Positions 63,130 through 64,000 of a DNA stretch of 64,000 nucleotides are shown piece after piece. A program made the position numbers and the translations under genes. The notes under the pieces were generated by a model, which worked only from the letters and a program-made list of their open reading frames with translations, was not told the DNA's origin and did not search any database. The stretch covers positions 992,001-1,056,000 of the forward strand of contig NW_026889774.1 in NCBI RefSeq assembly GCF_033153115.1. The letters are read 5' to 3'. Origin of the DNA: Saccostrea echinata. Lineage: Eukaryota. Every line of letters starts with the position of its first letter. Position 1 is the first letter of the stretch.

Positions 63130-63205
63130 GCATAAGGCGGGTGCGACCTCTCTGCAGGGAAGGCTTATTCCTCCGTGGTACCTGATCCCACCTCTGTTTT
63201 CAGAG
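63130..63205 (+). mobile_element. Penelope-like 3'-flank module (solo, diverged)
   Basis: GGCGGGTGCGACC..CAGGGGAAGGCTTATTCCTCCGTGGTACCTGATCCCACCTCTG. Confidence 0.65.
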
Positions 63206-63364
63206 GTTGACTCAGTTTACAATTTGCATCGTTTAAATGCACTTCTGAAAATGATTACTGTTCCTTACCTTCACATTTTATATATAATTATAATAAATTT
63301 TTAAAAGTGGAAATACTATTTTGTATCAGATTTTGAAACATGTCTTAAATGCCATGTTGCAGAA

Positions 63365-63470
63365 AGATTGATTGATTGTATGTTGTTTTACGTACCCTTC
63401 GAGAATTTTCACTCCTGTAAAGACGTCAACATATATCGTTGAAGGGCATCAAATTAAGACCTTTACTTGG
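63365..63470 (-). mobile_element. SINE 3' fragment
   Basis: (TTGA)n tail plus TTTTACGT.CC.TTCGAGAATTTT..AGACGTCA..GAAGGGC matching the other copies. Confidence 0.7.
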
Positions 63471-64000
63471 TGTGATCCCATTCGCCTTAACTGTGAAATA
63501 CAGATAAGAAAATTTCTTAAAAAGTACTAATGGGAATTTCTTAATAATACTTTTGTTAATACAAACCTTGAAAATTGATGAGGTGTTTTTACATTGATTA
63601 GTTAATTACACAGTATTTTGGATTTAAAATGATTCTTTAGTCAATGTACATGTACATTTGAAAATAAAAAGTATATTCAACTTAAAACGGGAATTAATTT
63701 ATGAATACTGTGAATGAAATAATTTTGTTTTTTATATATATTTTATAAAAATAATGATTTCTTTATTGTAAAATGTTTATATAATTGTTTATCACTATTA
63801 GCATATTATCTTAAAATAAATAAAATTAATATAAAATGCTAATAAATAATATTTAAAATAAAACTTTATAATCTCTACCTCCACAAGAGTTTCACAGAAT
63901 TACTAATACTTTAAGTTAAGATTCATAAAAATACTGCTACACAAACAATATTTAGACTTAATTAGATGTTTATACAAGTTCCCATTTCGCCTTAATTCAC

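Overview
AT-rich, intron-containing animal DNA. The repeat families (tRNA-headed SINEs, Penelope-like RT fragments, Helentron/HINE-type elements, a Cg170-like satellite) suggest an oyster or related bivalve; this is an inference. Manual splicing of GT-AG exons with phase checks gives two tandem gene clusters. (1) 0.1-23 kb: three paralogous uncharacterised single-pass type I membrane glycoproteins (signal peptide, CxFPxxLxGxW motif, Cys-rich ectodomain, one TM helix, divergent tails). Interleaved with them are one intact-looking small gene (Gly2 N-terminus, polybasic C-terminus) and a probable damaged paralog. (2) 31-59 kb: four Mieap/SPATA18-C-terminal-domain-like genes plus two decayed terminal-exon copies. 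Three are short (about 260-270 aa), and one of these shows a precise intron loss. The fourth (about 443 aa) has a Cys-rich N-terminus and two tandemly duplicated, frame-symmetric 126-nt exons encoding Trp/Cys/Arg amphipathic helices. Introns and intergenic DNA carry many DNA transposons/MITEs with readable TIRs and TSDs, palindromic elements, microsatellites and two N-gaps. All gene models are hand-built from sequence only, with no transcript or database support.
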